From: an uncultured Rhodobacter sp. | GTDB lineage: Bacteria; Pseudomonadota; Alphaproteobacteria; Rhodobacterales; Rhodobacteraceae | Reading direction: 5' to 3' | Length of the DNA stretch: 30,073 nt | Assembly: GCA_964413925.1 (NCBI GenBank) | Contig: CAYPUW010000001.1 | Coordinates: forward strand, 1-30,073 | Shown: positions 1-9,008 of the stretch, piece by piece | How the letters are laid out: each line of letters opens with the position of its first letter | Position numbering within the stretch: position 1 is the stretch's first letter | Program-made: the position numbers and the translations under genes | The notes under the pieces: generated by a model | Database searches by the model: none | Told to the model about the DNA's origin: nothing | What the model saw: only the letters and a program-made list of their open reading frames with translations

Positions 1-1
1 A

Positions 2-358
2 GGGGCGCTTATAAAGATCGGCCAAAATCTCGTTCCAGAACAACTGTTTGTCCAGCACCAGCCACGTGGAAAGATGGAACAGCACATAAAAGAACGCGGT
101 CAGGCCGAACGCTCGGCGAAACTTGAGGAAACTGATCCCCGTCAGTTTGCGCACGGGGGTCACCAGCAAGGTCAATATCAACAACTGTAAGGTCCAGCGG
201 CCAAGCTGGCGCTCCAGCATCTGGAGCGGATCGGTGCCAAGCTGGTTGGTCACCGCCCAATAAAAATAGACCAACGCTGGCACCACCCCCAGCAGGTAAA
301 CCGGCCAAGTGGGGATTTTGCGCAGGATCGGGTTCGCGAATGCGGAAATGGCTGACAT
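2..358 (-). CDS. msrQ: Heme-binding membrane subunit of the MsrPQ methionine sulfoxide reductase (YedZ); 3' end runs off the window edge
   Basis: Hand-translated, not in the ORF track. ATG at 358 gives MSAISAFANPILRKIPTWPVYLLGVVPALVYFYWAVTNQLGTDPLQMLERQLGRWTLQLLILTLLVTPVRKLTGISFLKFRRAFGLTAFFYVLFHLSTWLVLDKQLFWNEILADLYKRP. It has the typical LG.DP, TP.R, RR.LGL..F.Y..LH and KRP motifs and starts just after the msrP stop. Confidence 0.92.
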   Translation of the reverse strand, partial: MSAISAFANPILRKIPTWPVYLLGVVPALVYFYWAVTNQLGTDPLQMLERQLGRWTLQLLILTLLVTPVRKLTGISFLKFRRAFGLTAFFYVLFHLSTWLVLDKQLFWNEILADLYKRP

Positions 359-362
359 CGGC

Positions 363-1292
363 TCAGAAGTTCCGCGTGAGGTCCATGCCTTTATAAAGCC
401 CCGCCACCTCTTGCCCATAACCATTAAACATCTGGGTCTGTTTGCGCTTGGTGAACAGCCCGCCGCCGATGGGCCGCTCAGAGGCTTGGGTCCAGCGCGG
501 GTGATCCACGTTTGGGTTCACATTGCTGTAAAACCCGTATTCGCGCGGGTTCTGCATGTTCCACGTTGCCTGAGGCTGGCGCGCGGTCAGGCTGATGCGC
601 ACGATGGATTTGATCGATTTGAACCCGTATTTCCACGGCACGACCAAACGCAAGGGCGCGCCATTTTGTTTGGGCATGTCCTCGCCATAAATACCGGCGG
701 CAAGAATGGTCAAGGGGTGCATAGCCTCGTCCATGCGCAACCCCTCGCGGTAGGGCCACTCAAGCACGCTGGTTCGCTGGCCGATCATCTCGGAGGGGCG
801 CACAAGGGTCTCAAACGACACATATTTCGCACCCGACTGCACGCCAACGCGACTAAGCAGCTCTGAAAGCTGAAAGCCGGTCCACGGGATAATCATCGAC
901 CACGCTTCGACACAGCGGAAACGATATATCCGCTCCTCCATGCTCATGCCCTTGATAAGGTCCTCAAACGCATATTTGCCCGGCTTATCAACCATCCCGT
1001 CGATGGTAACGCTCCACGGCGAGGTAGTCAGACGCCCGGCGTTATCCGCAGGGTCCGACTTGCTGGTGCCAAACTCGTAAAAGTTATTATAGGTGGTGAT
1101 GTCCTTAAACGTGTTTGGCGTCTGACTGGTGGAATATTTGCTTTTGATGGTTTTGAACTTTGCCAGCGCGGGCAGGCCAAACGTCGTCGCTGCCATCGCA
1201 CCAGCCCCGGCCATAAGTTGTCGGCGATTGAGCCAATCAGCCTTTGGCGTGATCTCACAAGACTTGAATTTCGGTGCTGATATAATATGCAT
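363..1292 (-). CDS. msrP: Periplasmic molybdoenzyme MsrP (YedY), protein-methionine-sulfoxide reductase catalytic subunit
   Basis: EITP...NRRQLM twin-arginine leader, YNNFYEFG, RFRCVEAWS (Mo-ligating Cys), GAPLRLVVPWKYGFKSIK, EYGFYSNVNP, FNGY. Confidence 0.96.
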   Translation of the reverse strand: MHIISAPKFKSCEITPKADWLNRRQLMAGAGAMAATTFGLPALAKFKTIKSKYSTSQTPNTFKDITTYNNFYEFGTSKSDPADNAGRLTTSPWSVTIDGMVDKPGKYAFEDLIKGMSMEERIYRFRCVEAWSMIIPWTGFQLSELLSRVGVQSGAKYVSFETLVRPSEMIGQRTSVLEWPYREGLRMDEAMHPLTILAAGIYGEDMPKQNGAPLRLVVPWKYGFKSIKSIVRISLTARQPQATWNMQNPREYGFYSNVNPNVDHPRWTQASERPIGGGLFTKRKQTQMFNGYGQEVAGLYKGMDLTRNF

Positions 1293-1425
1293 GCGGTCCC
1301 TCTTGGTTTGGTGGGTGTTTTTGTCCGTTCAAGCGGTTTTACATCATTTCGCCAATCTGGCGCAAAACAATCGCCAACACGTTTGCGCTGGTTTTGTTAC
1401 AGACTGGCGACAAAACCTCTCGATC

Positions 1426-1453
1426 TTGACATATTCATAAAAGACAATACGAT
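1426..1453 (+). promoter_or_regulatory. Putative sigma70 promoter of the DUF302 gene, with a palindromic operator in the spacer
   Basis: TTGACA(1426-1431)-16 nt-TACGAT(1448-1453), followed by AGGGAG 7 nt before the ATG at 1474. TATT-N10-AATA (1432-1449) overlaps it. Confidence 0.55.
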
Positions 1454-1473
1454 CATTTCAAGGGAGAGCGCAT

Positions 1474-1932
1474 ATGAAACACGGATTTGTTATTCTACTG
1501 ATTGGCCTGTTTTTGACCAGTACAGCACAAGCGCAAACACAAACCAACGGCATCGTTTCCTACACCGTCAACCAAACCATGGACGACGTGTTGTTCGCGG
1601 TAGAGAACGAGATCATCGGCCGCGGCCTGAAAATCGACACGGTTAATCACGTGGGTGATATGCTTGATCGCACCGGGGCTGATCTCGGCGCGACCAAAAA
1701 GATCTTTACCGACGCACAGATTTTCAGCTTTTGCTCGGCAGTCCTGTCGCGCGAAATGATGGAGGCAAACCCGCTTAATATCGCCTATTGCCCCTACCGG
1801 ATTTTCGTCTTTTCCACCCCGTCGGAACCTGACAAAACCACGGTCGGCTTTAACGGCTTTCCCGACACCGAGATGCGAAAGGTCGGAGCCTTGCTTGACC
1901 GCATCATCAGGGACGCGCTCGAGATCAAATAG
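1474..1932 (+). CDS. Exported DUF302-family protein
   Basis: Signal peptide MKHGFVILLIGLFLTSTAQA. The G..I....H....L..., IFSFCSA...MMEANPLNIAYCPYRIFV pattern is typical of DUF302. Confidence 0.8.
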   Translation: MKHGFVILLIGLFLTSTAQAQTQTNGIVSYTVNQTMDDVLFAVENEIIGRGLKIDTVNHVGDMLDRTGADLGATKKIFTDAQIFSFCSAVLSREMMEANPLNIAYCPYRIFVFSTPSEPDKTTVGFNGFPDTEMRKVGALLDRIIRDALEIK

Positions 1933-1943
1933 CTCCTCGCACC

Positions 1944-2414
1944 TTAATAAGCGATGCCGAGTTTTTTATAGATAAAGTGCAAAAGCCAAACTGGACCGAT
2001 CAACAAAAACTGCACATCCTTGAAAAAGCTCGGCTTTTTGCCTTCGATCTTGTGGCCCCAGAACTGCCCGATCCACGCCAGCACGAAAACTCCGAGTGCG
2101 AATTGCCAAAGCGGCAGGCTGAAACTGGCCTCGTACCCGCGCACAAGAGCGACACAAATCGCGGCATAAGCCAGAAATCCGACCGCCAACTGCCACGAGA
2201 CCACAAGGTAATAAAGCACGCTCACCGCCAGCAGCAGCGTCATCCAGTTAAGGTTGTTAACCTTGTTAAAGACTTCGGGAACCGGCAGCGACCAGATCAG
2301 CGCCAGCACCGTCCACACGATCACCGGCACACAGACCCAATGGATCGCTTTGTTGACAGGGTTCTGATGGCTCTCGCCATATTCTCGCAGCAAGGCGTCG
2401 ATTTTACGGGTCAT
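1944..2414 (-). CDS. DUF962 / Mpo1-like membrane protein
   Basis: Y..SHQNPVN..IH..CVP, hydrophobic helices, W..QF.GHK.EG.KPSF...Q.LLIGP.W motifs. Confidence 0.85.
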   Translation of the reverse strand: MTRKIDALLREYGESHQNPVNKAIHWVCVPVIVWTVLALIWSLPVPEVFNKVNNLNWMTLLLAVSVLYYLVVSWQLAVGFLAYAAICVALVRGYEASFSLPLWQFALGVFVLAWIGQFWGHKIEGKKPSFFKDVQFLLIGPVWLLHFIYKKLGIAY

Positions 2415-2881
2415 GGATCTCTCCTTTGCCTATCGGGGCGGTCCCCCATCAAATAGCGCGGACCGGCGCCAAGTTTCGCCGCCTGATCGGCTGGGTTATA
2501 AAGCTTGCAGGTTTCAAGACTAAGACACCCACATCCAATGCAGCCGTCAAGATTATCGCGCAAACGCGTCAAACTGTCGATCCTTGCGTCCAGTGACGCG
2601 CGAAACCCTCGACTGATCTTGGCCCAATCGGCCTTGTTAGGCGCGCGCCCGTTTGGCAAAACCTGCAACTCTTGTCTGATCTTTGCAATGCTGAAACCAC
2701 ATTGCTGCGCGATTTTCACAAACGAGAGCCGCCTTATGTCGGCACGCAAAAACCGCCGCTGCCCTGCGGCATTACGCTCCGGCTTCACCAGCCCCTCGGT
2801 TTCGTAATAGCGTATTGCCGAGACCGACAGGCCAGTGCGTGCGGCCAGACGGCCAATGGATATGGTTATGGGCAGAGCGAT
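2411..2881 (-). CDS. soxR: Redox-sensing [2Fe-2S] MerR-family activator SoxR (start uncertain; frame is open to TTG 2923)
   Basis: SIG.LA.RTG...SAIRYYE HTH, GQRRF.R, and the C-terminal cluster motif GCIGCGCLSL..C.LYNP. A SoxR-type operator lies immediately upstream. Confidence 0.93.
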   Translation of the reverse strand: MALPITISIGRLAARTGLSVSAIRYYETEGLVKPERNAAGQRRFLRADIRRLSFVKIAQQCGFSIAKIRQELQVLPNGRAPNKADWAKISRGFRASLDARIDSLTRLRDNLDGCIGCGCLSLETCKLYNPADQAAKLGAGPRYLMGDRPDRQRRDP

Positions 2882-2913
2882 TTTGATTTCCTCGACAGCT
2901 TCGATATTTCTTC

Positions 2914-2944
2914 TTGACCTCAAGTAAGGTTGAGCAATTACGGT
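2914..2944 (+). promoter_or_regulatory. SoxR-activated promoter with 19-bp spacer and SoxR operator
   Basis: TTGACC(2914-2919)-tcaagtaaggttgagcaat (19 nt)-TACGGT(2939-2944). The dyad CTCAA-gtaagg-TTGAG (2919-2934) resembles the E. coli soxS operator CCTCAAGTTAACTTGAGG. Confidence 0.85.
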
Positions 2945-2951
2945 TTGTCAA
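2922..2951 (-). promoter_or_regulatory. Putative soxR promoter overlapping the operator
   Basis: Perfect TTGACA on the minus strand at 2951-2946. The -10 region (CTTACTTG, about 2928-2921) falls inside the SoxR dyad, as expected for autorepression. The -10 match is weak. Confidence 0.45.
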
Positions 2952-2975
2952 TCAACCAAACCAAAGGAACACCCC

Positions 2976-3359
2976 ATGAGCGAAGCTTTTCTGGAACACG
3001 CCAACATCACCGTCACCGACCCAAAGCGAACCTGCGATATGCTGTGCAAAATCTTTGGCTGGCGCATCCGCTGGCAAGGCCCGGCAATCGACGGCGGCAC
3101 ATCAACCCATGTGGGCAGCACCGACAGCTATCTGGCGATCTACGCGCCAAAAACCCTGCGCGACCCCATCGATAACAGCTATACCACCCCAGGCGGCCTA
3201 AACCATGTTGGGGTCGTAGTTGCCGATATCGACGCCACCGAACAGCGCGTAAAAGAGGCCGGCTACACCCCTCACTCCCACGCAGATTACGAACCAGGTC
3301 GGCGGTTTTATTTCCACGACCACGACCAGATCGAATATGAGGTGGTCAGCTATGCCTGA
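2976..3359 (+). CDS. VOC/glyoxalase-bleomycin resistance family protein
   Basis: FLEHANITV.D, LNHVGVVV.D and GRRFYF.D.D..EYEV give the paired beta-alpha-beta-beta-beta pattern with H/H/E metal ligands. RBS AAGGA. Confidence 0.85.
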   Translation: MSEAFLEHANITVTDPKRTCDMLCKIFGWRIRWQGPAIDGGTSTHVGSTDSYLAIYAPKTLRDPIDNSYTTPGGLNHVGVVVADIDATEQRVKEAGYTPHSHADYEPGRRFYFHDHDQIEYEVVSYA

Positions 3360-3374
3360 AGACGGCGCGCACTC

Positions 3375-4082
3375 TTAAAGCTCAATCCGCACGTCGTGCA
3401 TCCACAGCTTGGGTGGGCGCGAGAGCATGAACACCACCACATCGGCCAGATCGTCCGGCTCGGTAAAGATATGGTTGGGAACATCCTCGCCTGCCTTGGC
3501 AAAAAGACCCGTATTGGTGCCGCTCTGATAAAGTGCTGCCACGCGCACGCCGGATTGCGCCTCGTCTTCTCTCAACACTTCAGTAAATCCGCGCACCCCG
3601 TATTTGGTCGCCGAATAGACCGATTGCCCGGCCTGCGCGACTACACCTGATTTGGAAACCACATTGAAAATTATCGCCTCGTCGCGGGTGCGCAGATGGG
3701 GGAGGAGGTGGCGGGTGAGTTGCATCAAGGCGGTTAGGTTCGTTTGAACCGTCGCTTCCAAAACCGCGGGATCAATGCTCTCAAGCGGTCCGGTTTTGTG
3801 CCAGATACCTGCATTGTTAATCAAAATATCGACGGCCCCAAAGTCGGCCAGAATAGTTGCAGACGTGGCCTCAATCCCGTCTTTATCCATTAAATCAACT
3901 GCATAAGCGACAGCTTTCGGTGCGCCCGCAGCCAAAGCCTCGACCACCACCGCGTCAAGCCGCGCTCGGTTTCTCCCCATGATCGCCAGATTACAGCCCT
4001 CAGCCGCCAGTTTCAGACAGATATGACGGCCAATACCGTCGCTCCCGCCGGTGACAAGAACGGTTTTACCTTTAAGCTGCAT
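3375..4082 (-). CDS. Short-chain dehydrogenase/reductase, probably NADP(H)-preferring
   Basis: TGGSDGIG, GRNR (basic residue at the cofactor site), NNAG, YSATK (YxxxK). RBS GAGGAG. Confidence 0.92.
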   Translation of the reverse strand: MQLKGKTVLVTGGSDGIGRHICLKLAAEGCNLAIMGRNRARLDAVVVEALAAGAPKAVAYAVDLMDKDGIEATSATILADFGAVDILINNAGIWHKTGPLESIDPAVLEATVQTNLTALMQLTRHLLPHLRTRDEAIIFNVVSKSGVVAQAGQSVYSATKYGVRGFTEVLREDEAQSGVRVAALYQSGTNTGLFAKAGEDVPNHIFTEPDDLADVVVFMLSRPPKLWMHDVRIEL

Positions 4083-4142
4083 ATTTATGGCTCCTCATAT
4101 CTGGCCCGACGCACCGTTAACACGGTTTTGAAATTGGGGAAA

Positions 4143-4179
4143 TGCCCCGAATGCCAGCGCGTGGCCAGCCTTCGGGGCA
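4143..4179 (-). terminator. Possible terminator or stabilising hairpin after clpB
   Basis: TGCCCCGAA(4143-4151)/TTCGGGGCA(4171-4179) inverted repeat. The loop is long and only a short T run follows on the minus strand. Confidence 0.4.
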
Positions 4180-4185
4180 GCGTGA

Positions 4186-6795
4186 TTATTGCAGCGGCAC
4201 ACCGTCTGGGGCGCGCGCGCCCTGCCCGACCCCGTCGATCACCAAACCGCCATCATCAGCCGACACCGCGATTTTCTGGCCGTCGTGAACCTGGCCACCC
4301 AACAACATCTCCGCAAGCGGATTTTGCAACGCCCGCTGGATCACCCGCTTCAAAGGCCGCGCGCCGTACACCGGATCATAGCCCTGATCGGCCAGCCATT
4401 TATGCGCCGCCGCGTCCACATCAAGCGCAATCTTGCGCCCTTCCAGTCGGCGACCAAGGATGGCGAGTTGCAAGTCAACGATCCCGTCCATATTGGCGCG
4501 GCTGAGCCGATCAAACAGCACGATCTCGTCAAGCCGGTTGAGGAACTCCGGGCGGAAATGCGCGCGCACCGCCGCCATCACATCGGCCTTGGCGGCATCG
4601 GCATCGGCCCCATCGGGCAACTGGCTCAGCGCCTCGGCCCCAAGGTTGCTGGTCAGGATAATCAGCGTTTGCTTGAAATCCACCTTTCGCCCTTGCCCGT
4701 CGGTCAACACCCCGTCATCAAGCACCTGAAGCAGCACGTTGAACACATCGGGGTGGGCCTTTTCGACCTCGTCAAACAGCACCACCTGATAGGGGCGACG
4801 GCGCACAGCCTCGGTCAACGAGCCGCCCTCGTCATAACCCACATAGCCGGGAGGCGCGCCGATCAGCCGCGAGACCGAATGTTTCTCCATATATTCCGAC
4901 ATATCGACCCGCACCATCGCGCTGTCATCGTCAAACAAGAAATCCGCCAATGCCTTGGTCAACTCGGTCTTGCCAACGCCGGTTGGCCCAAGAAACAGGA
5001 ACGAGCCTTGGGGCCGATTGGGATCACTCAGACCCGCGCGCCCTCGACGCACCGCATTGGAGACCGCACGCACAGCCGTAGCCTGCCCAATCACCCGCGA
5101 GCCAAGCACGTCCTCCATCGCCAGCAGCTTTTCACGCTCGCCTTCCAGCATTTTGTCAACAGGAATACCTGTCCAACGCTCAACCACGCTGGCGATATTT
5201 TCTGGGCGCACGGCCTCGTCAACCATCAGATCGTCACCAACCTGCTCGGCCTCACCGAGACGTTTCTCAAGATCAGGGATCACCCCGTAAGAAAGCTCGC
5301 CCGCACGCGCCAAGTCACCTTCGCGCTTGGCAATTTCAAGCTCTGCGCGGGCGGTTTCAAGCGCTTCTTTAATGTCACGCGCGCCCGCCAGCTTGTCACG
5401 TTCTGCCTGCCAGCGTGCGGTCATCTCGCTTGATTTTTCCTGCAAGTCGGCCAGTTCTTTTTGCAAACTGTCCAGACGGTCCTTGGAGGCCGTGTCGGTC
5501 TCCTTTTTCAACGCCTCCGCCTCGATTTGCTTTTGCAGCAGTTCGCGATCAATCGCATCCAGCTCCTCTGGTTTGCTGTCAACGGCCATGCGCAGACGGC
5601 TGGCCGCCTCGTCCATCAAATCAATCGCCTTGTCGGGCAAAAAACGATCAGTGATATAGCGATGGCTCAGGGTCGCCGCCGCCACCAGTGCCGCGTCAGA
5701 GATACGGATGCCGTGGTGAAGCTCGTATTTCTCCTTGATGCCGCGCAGGATAGAGATCGTGTCCTCGACCGTCGGTTCCTCGACCATCACTGGCTGAAAC
5801 CGTCGCGCAAGGGCGGCGTCTTTTTCCACATGTTTGCGATATTCATCCAGTGTGGTCGCGCCAACGCAGTGAAGCTCGCCCCGCGCCAAAGCCGGTTTTA
5901 AAAGGTTGGACGCATCCATCGCCCCTTCGGATTTTCCGGCCCCGACCAGCGTGTGCATCTCGTCAATGAACAACAGAACCTCGCCCGCAGCATCGGTCAC
6001 CTCGTTGAGAATGGCCTTAAGCCGTTCTTCAAATTCGCCGCGATATTTGGCCCCCGCGATCAGCGCCCCCATGTCGAGCGCCATCAGTCGTTTATTCTGC
6101 AAACTTTCAGGCACATCGCCGTTGACGATACGCAAGGCCAACCCCTCGGCAATGGCGGTTTTACCCACGCCCGGCTCGCCGATCAGCACCGGATTGTTTT
6201 TGGTGCGGCGACTGAGCACCTGCATGGTGCGGCGGATTTCCTCGTCACGGCCAATGATCGGGTCGATCTTGCCGTCACGCGCAGCCTGCGTCAGATCATG
6301 CGCGTATTTCTTCAGCGCATCATAGCTGTCCTCGGCACTTGCGCTATCGGCTGTGCGGCCCTTGCGTAAATCATTGATCGCGGTGTTAAGCGCCATCGCC
6401 GTCACGCCAGCCTCGGCCAAAATGTCCTTGGCCTTGGATTTGGTCACGCACAGCGCGGTTAATATCCGCTCGACCGGCACAAAACTATCGCCCGCCTTGG
6501 TGGCGATTTTCTCGGCCTCGTCCAGCATCTTGGCGGTCTGGGTGTCTATATATACCTGATCCCCCGCTCCGCTGACCTTGGGCAGCTTATCCACGGCCCG
6601 ATCGACCGCACTGGCGACAGCGGCGGCGTCGCCCTTGGCGGCTCCGATCAGGTTCGCAGCCAGCCCCTCGCTGTCATCCATCAGGGCTTTGAGCAGGTGC
6701 TCGGGCAGAATTCTTTGGTGATTTTCGCGCAAAGCGATGGTCTGAGCGGCGGCGATAAACCCACGAGACCGCTCGGTGAACTTGTCTAAGTTCAT
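4186..6795 (-). CDS. clpB: ATP-dependent disaggregase ClpB (869 aa; true start at 6795, not 7290)
   Basis: [13 protein letters not shown] start behind AAGGAG. Two AAA modules ([14 protein letters not shown] and [13 protein letters not shown]), coiled-coil middle domain, [19 protein letters not shown]. Confidence 0.97.
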   Translation of the reverse strand: MNLDKFTERSRGFIAAAQTIALRENHQRILPEHLLKALMDDSEGLAANLIGAAKGDAAAVASAVDRAVDKLPKVSGAGDQVYIDTQTAKMLDEAEKIATKAGDSFVPVERILTALCVTKSKAKDILAEAGVTAMALNTAINDLRKGRTADSASAEDSYDALKKYAHDLTQAARDGKIDPIIGRDEEIRRTMQVLSRRTKNNPVLIGEPGVGKTAIAEGLALRIVNGDVPESLQNKRLMALDMGALIAGAKYRGEFEERLKAILNEVTDAAGEVLLFIDEMHTLVGAGKSEGAMDASNLLKPALARGELHCVGATTLDEYRKHVEKDAALARRFQPVMVEEPTVEDTISILRGIKEKYELHHGIRISDAALVAAATLSHRYITDRFLPDKAIDLMDEAASRLRMAVDSKPEELDAIDRELLQKQIEAEALKKETDTASKDRLDSLQKELADLQEKSSEMTARWQAERDKLAGARDIKEALETARAELEIAKREGDLARAGELSYGVIPDLEKRLGEAEQVGDDLMVDEAVRPENIASVVERWTGIPVDKMLEGEREKLLAMEDVLGSRVIGQATAVRAVSNAVRRGRAGLSDPNRPQGSFLFLGPTGVGKTELTKALADFLFDDDSAMVRVDMSEYMEKHSVSRLIGAPPGYVGYDEGGSLTEAVRRRPYQVVLFDEVEKAHPDVFNVLLQVLDDGVLTDGQGRKVDFKQTLIILTSNLGAEALSQLPDGADADAAKADVMAAVRAHFRPEFLNRLDEIVLFDRLSRANMDGIVDLQLAILGRRLEGRKIALDVDAAAHKWLADQGYDPVYGARPLKRVIQRALQNPLAEMLLGGQVHDGQKIAVSADDGGLVIDGVGQGARAPDGVPLQ

Positions 6796-7008
6796 GGTCG
6801 TCTCCTTTTTATAAGCGCCCGCTAAATTCGATGCCCATAAGCGGCACATCGGGGTGCAGGCCTTTGCAATTGAAATGGGAATTGACGCGGCAATTGGCAA
6901 GCCCGCCGGGCAGGTTTCGGACGTGATTATTGCAAAAACCTCGCCCCCGTGGCTTGACAGGGGCGGCGGCGGTCGCGAAAGACGCCCCAACCACAGGAGA
7001 GCCAACAC

Positions 7009-7707
7009 ATGCCCCAACCAGATGACCGCCTGATCGTCGCCCTTGATCTGCCCAACGCGCTGGAGGCTTTGGAACTTGCGCAAAAGCTCGGCGACACGGT
7101 GTCGTTTTACAAGATCGGGCTGGGCATGCTGACCGGCGGCGGGCTGGCGCTGGCGGACGAGTTGAAACAGGCGGGCAAACGCGTGTTTCTGGATATGAAG
7201 CTGTTTGACATTGGCGCAACCATCCAGAGCGCTGTGCGGGGCCTTGCCCAATATGATCTGGATTTTCTGACCGTGCATGGTGATCCGCATGTGGTCCGCG
7301 CCGCCATTGACGGGCGCGCCGAGCGCATCACCAAAATTCTGGCGGTAACAATTTTAACCTCGCTTGACCGCGCCGATCTGGATGCAGGTCTGATCAAAGC
7401 CGGCGCGATCAGCGATCTGGTGGTCGAGCGCGCGCACCAAGCGTTTGACGCAGGCGCAGACGGGGTGATCGCCTCGCCCCATGAGGCGCGACTCATTCGC
7501 GTCTTGCCAGAGGCGCGGGGCAAACTGATCGTCACCCCCGGCGTGCGCCCGCAAGGTGCTGCAAGCCACGACCAAAAACGCATCGCCACCCCCGCCGAAG
7601 CCTTGGCCAACGGCGCGGATCATATTGTGGTTGGTCGCCCGATCTGGCAAGCAGATGACCCACGCGCCGCCGCTCTTGCAATCCAGCGGGAGTTGGCGCA
7701 ACTCTGA
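7009..7707 (+). CDS. pyrF: Orotidine-5'-phosphate decarboxylase
   Basis: [22 protein letters not shown] (D.K..DI..T), TPGVRP, DQKR, VVGRPI. RBS AGGAG. Confidence 0.96.
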   Translation: MPQPDDRLIVALDLPNALEALELAQKLGDTVSFYKIGLGMLTGGGLALADELKQAGKRVFLDMKLFDIGATIQSAVRGLAQYDLDFLTVHGDPHVVRAAIDGRAERITKILAVTILTSLDRADLDAGLIKAGAISDLVVERAHQAFDAGADGVIASPHEARLIRVLPEARGKLIVTPGVRPQGAASHDQKRIATPAEALANGADHIVVGRPIWQADDPRAAALAIQRELAQL

Positions 7708-7728
7708 ACCCGAAAGGAAACCCCGCTC

Positions 7729-8985
7729 ATGCACCCCGCCCTTTGCCGCGACTGTCTGAGCCTGATTTCCAAGAACAAACGCTGCCCCAAATGCGGCTCT
7801 CCGCGCGTGCTAAGCCATCCCGAACTCAACACATTGACCATCGCCCATATGGACTGCGACGCGTTTTTCGCCTCGGTTGAAAAGCGCGACAACCCGAAAA
7901 TTCGCGACCAACCCGTTATCATCGGCGGCGGCAAACGCGGGGTGGTGGCGACCGCCTGCTATATCGCACGCATCAAGGGCGTGCGCTCGGCCATGCCGAT
8001 GTTTCAGGCGTTGAAGCTCTGCCCCGAGGCGGTAGTCATCGGCCCGCGCATGGCGGTTTACGCCGAAGTTTCGCGCGCAATTCGCCAGATGATGGGCGAG
8101 CTGACCCCGGCTATCGAGCCTCTGTCGCTGGACGAGGCTTTCTTAGATATGTCTGGCACCGAACGCCTGCACCATGCTCCGCCTGCCCTGATGATGGCCG
8201 GACTGGTCCAGCGAATGGAGCGCGAGCTGGGCCTGACGGGTTCCGTTGGCCTCTCCCATAATAAGTTTCTCGCCAAGATTGCCTCCGATCTCGACAAACC
8301 ACGTGGATTTTCAATCATCGGCAAGGCCGAAACTGACAGTTTTTTGCATGACAAACCGGTCGGCCTGATCTGGGGCGTCGGAAAATCGTTTCAGGCCACC
8401 CTCGCACGCGACGGCATTCGCAGCTTCAGCGACCTCTTACGCCGCGAGCGCAAGGATCTGAGCGCGCGGTACGGCACCATGGGTGATCGGCTATGGCATC
8501 TGGCGCGGGGGATGGATTACCGGCGGGTTTCCTCAAATGCGCCCATCAAAAGCATCTCCAACGAGACCACGTTTTTTGAGGACACAGGCGCGCTCTCGAC
8601 CCTTGACGGCCATATCTGGCGCTTGTCGGAAAAAGTCGCCGACCGCGCCAAGAAACGCACGCTGAGCGGACGTGTGGTCACCCTGAAGCTGAAGCAATCC
8701 AACCACCAAAGCCTGACCCGACGCACAACCCTTTATGATCCGAGCCAAACCGCCGACCGGATTTACTCCACCGCGCGCATCCTACTTGAAAGCGTGCTGA
8801 GCAAAGGACCATTTCGACTGATCGGGGTCGGCCTCAGCCATCTGGAGCCAGCGGAAAGTGCCGAGAGCTTTGGTGATCTGCTCGACCCAGAGGCCCAGGC
8901 CCGCGAAAAGGTTGAGCGGGTCGCCGACGAAATCCGCTCCAAATTCGGCGCGGACGCTATCCGCAAGGGGCGATCCTTGCGATAA
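7729..8985 (+). CDS. dinB: DNA polymerase IV (Y family), alphaproteobacterial form with an N-terminal CxxC...CxxC extension
   Basis: HMDCDAFFASVE, CYIAR..GV.SAMP, SLDEAFLD, NKFLAKIASD..KP.G, RLIGVG. N-terminus CRDC...CPKC. Confidence 0.93.
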   Translation: MHPALCRDCLSLISKNKRCPKCGSPRVLSHPELNTLTIAHMDCDAFFASVEKRDNPKIRDQPVIIGGGKRGVVATACYIARIKGVRSAMPMFQALKLCPEAVVIGPRMAVYAEVSRAIRQMMGELTPAIEPLSLDEAFLDMSGTERLHHAPPALMMAGLVQRMERELGLTGSVGLSHNKFLAKIASDLDKPRGFSIIGKAETDSFLHDKPVGLIWGVGKSFQATLARDGIRSFSDLLRRERKDLSARYGTMGDRLWHLARGMDYRRVSSNAPIKSISNETTFFEDTGALSTLDGHIWRLSEKVADRAKKRTLSGRVVTLKLKQSNHQSLTRRTTLYDPSQTADRIYSTARILLESVLSKGPFRLIGVGLSHLEPAESAESFGDLLDPEAQAREKVERVADEIRSKFGADAIRKGRSLR

Positions 8986-9008
8986 CGCCTGCGCTTCAGC
9001 GACGCCGA

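Noticed and set aside
9-308. 99-aa minus-strand ORF in the track
   Set aside because: Wrong frame. The MsrQ frame starting at 358 explains this region.
4189-5433. Long antisense ORFs (414 aa here; also 14403-15473, 18759-19844 and 25137-26102)
   Set aside because: They lie fully opposite well-supported genes, carry no recognisable motifs, and are the expected stop-poor shadows of GC-rich coding strands.
6796-7008. CIRCE or RpoH promoter upstream of clpB
   Set aside because: No TTAGCACTC-N9-GAGTGCTAA is present, and the RpoH-like half-sites I found had the wrong spacing.
6796-7290. 165-codon N-terminal extension of clpB in the ORF track (1034 aa)
   Set aside because: It overlaps pyrF on the opposite strand and has no Clp-like sequence. 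The MNLDKF start at 6795 has a strong AAGGAG site and gives a normal ClpB length.
7706-7720. GAAC-N7-GAAA before dinB, resembling the alphaproteobacterial LexA box GAAC-N7-GAAC
   Set aside because: One mismatch in a short motif that overlaps the purine-rich RBS and the pyrF stop. dinB appears to be co-transcribed with pyrF. A genome-wide PWM score would be needed.
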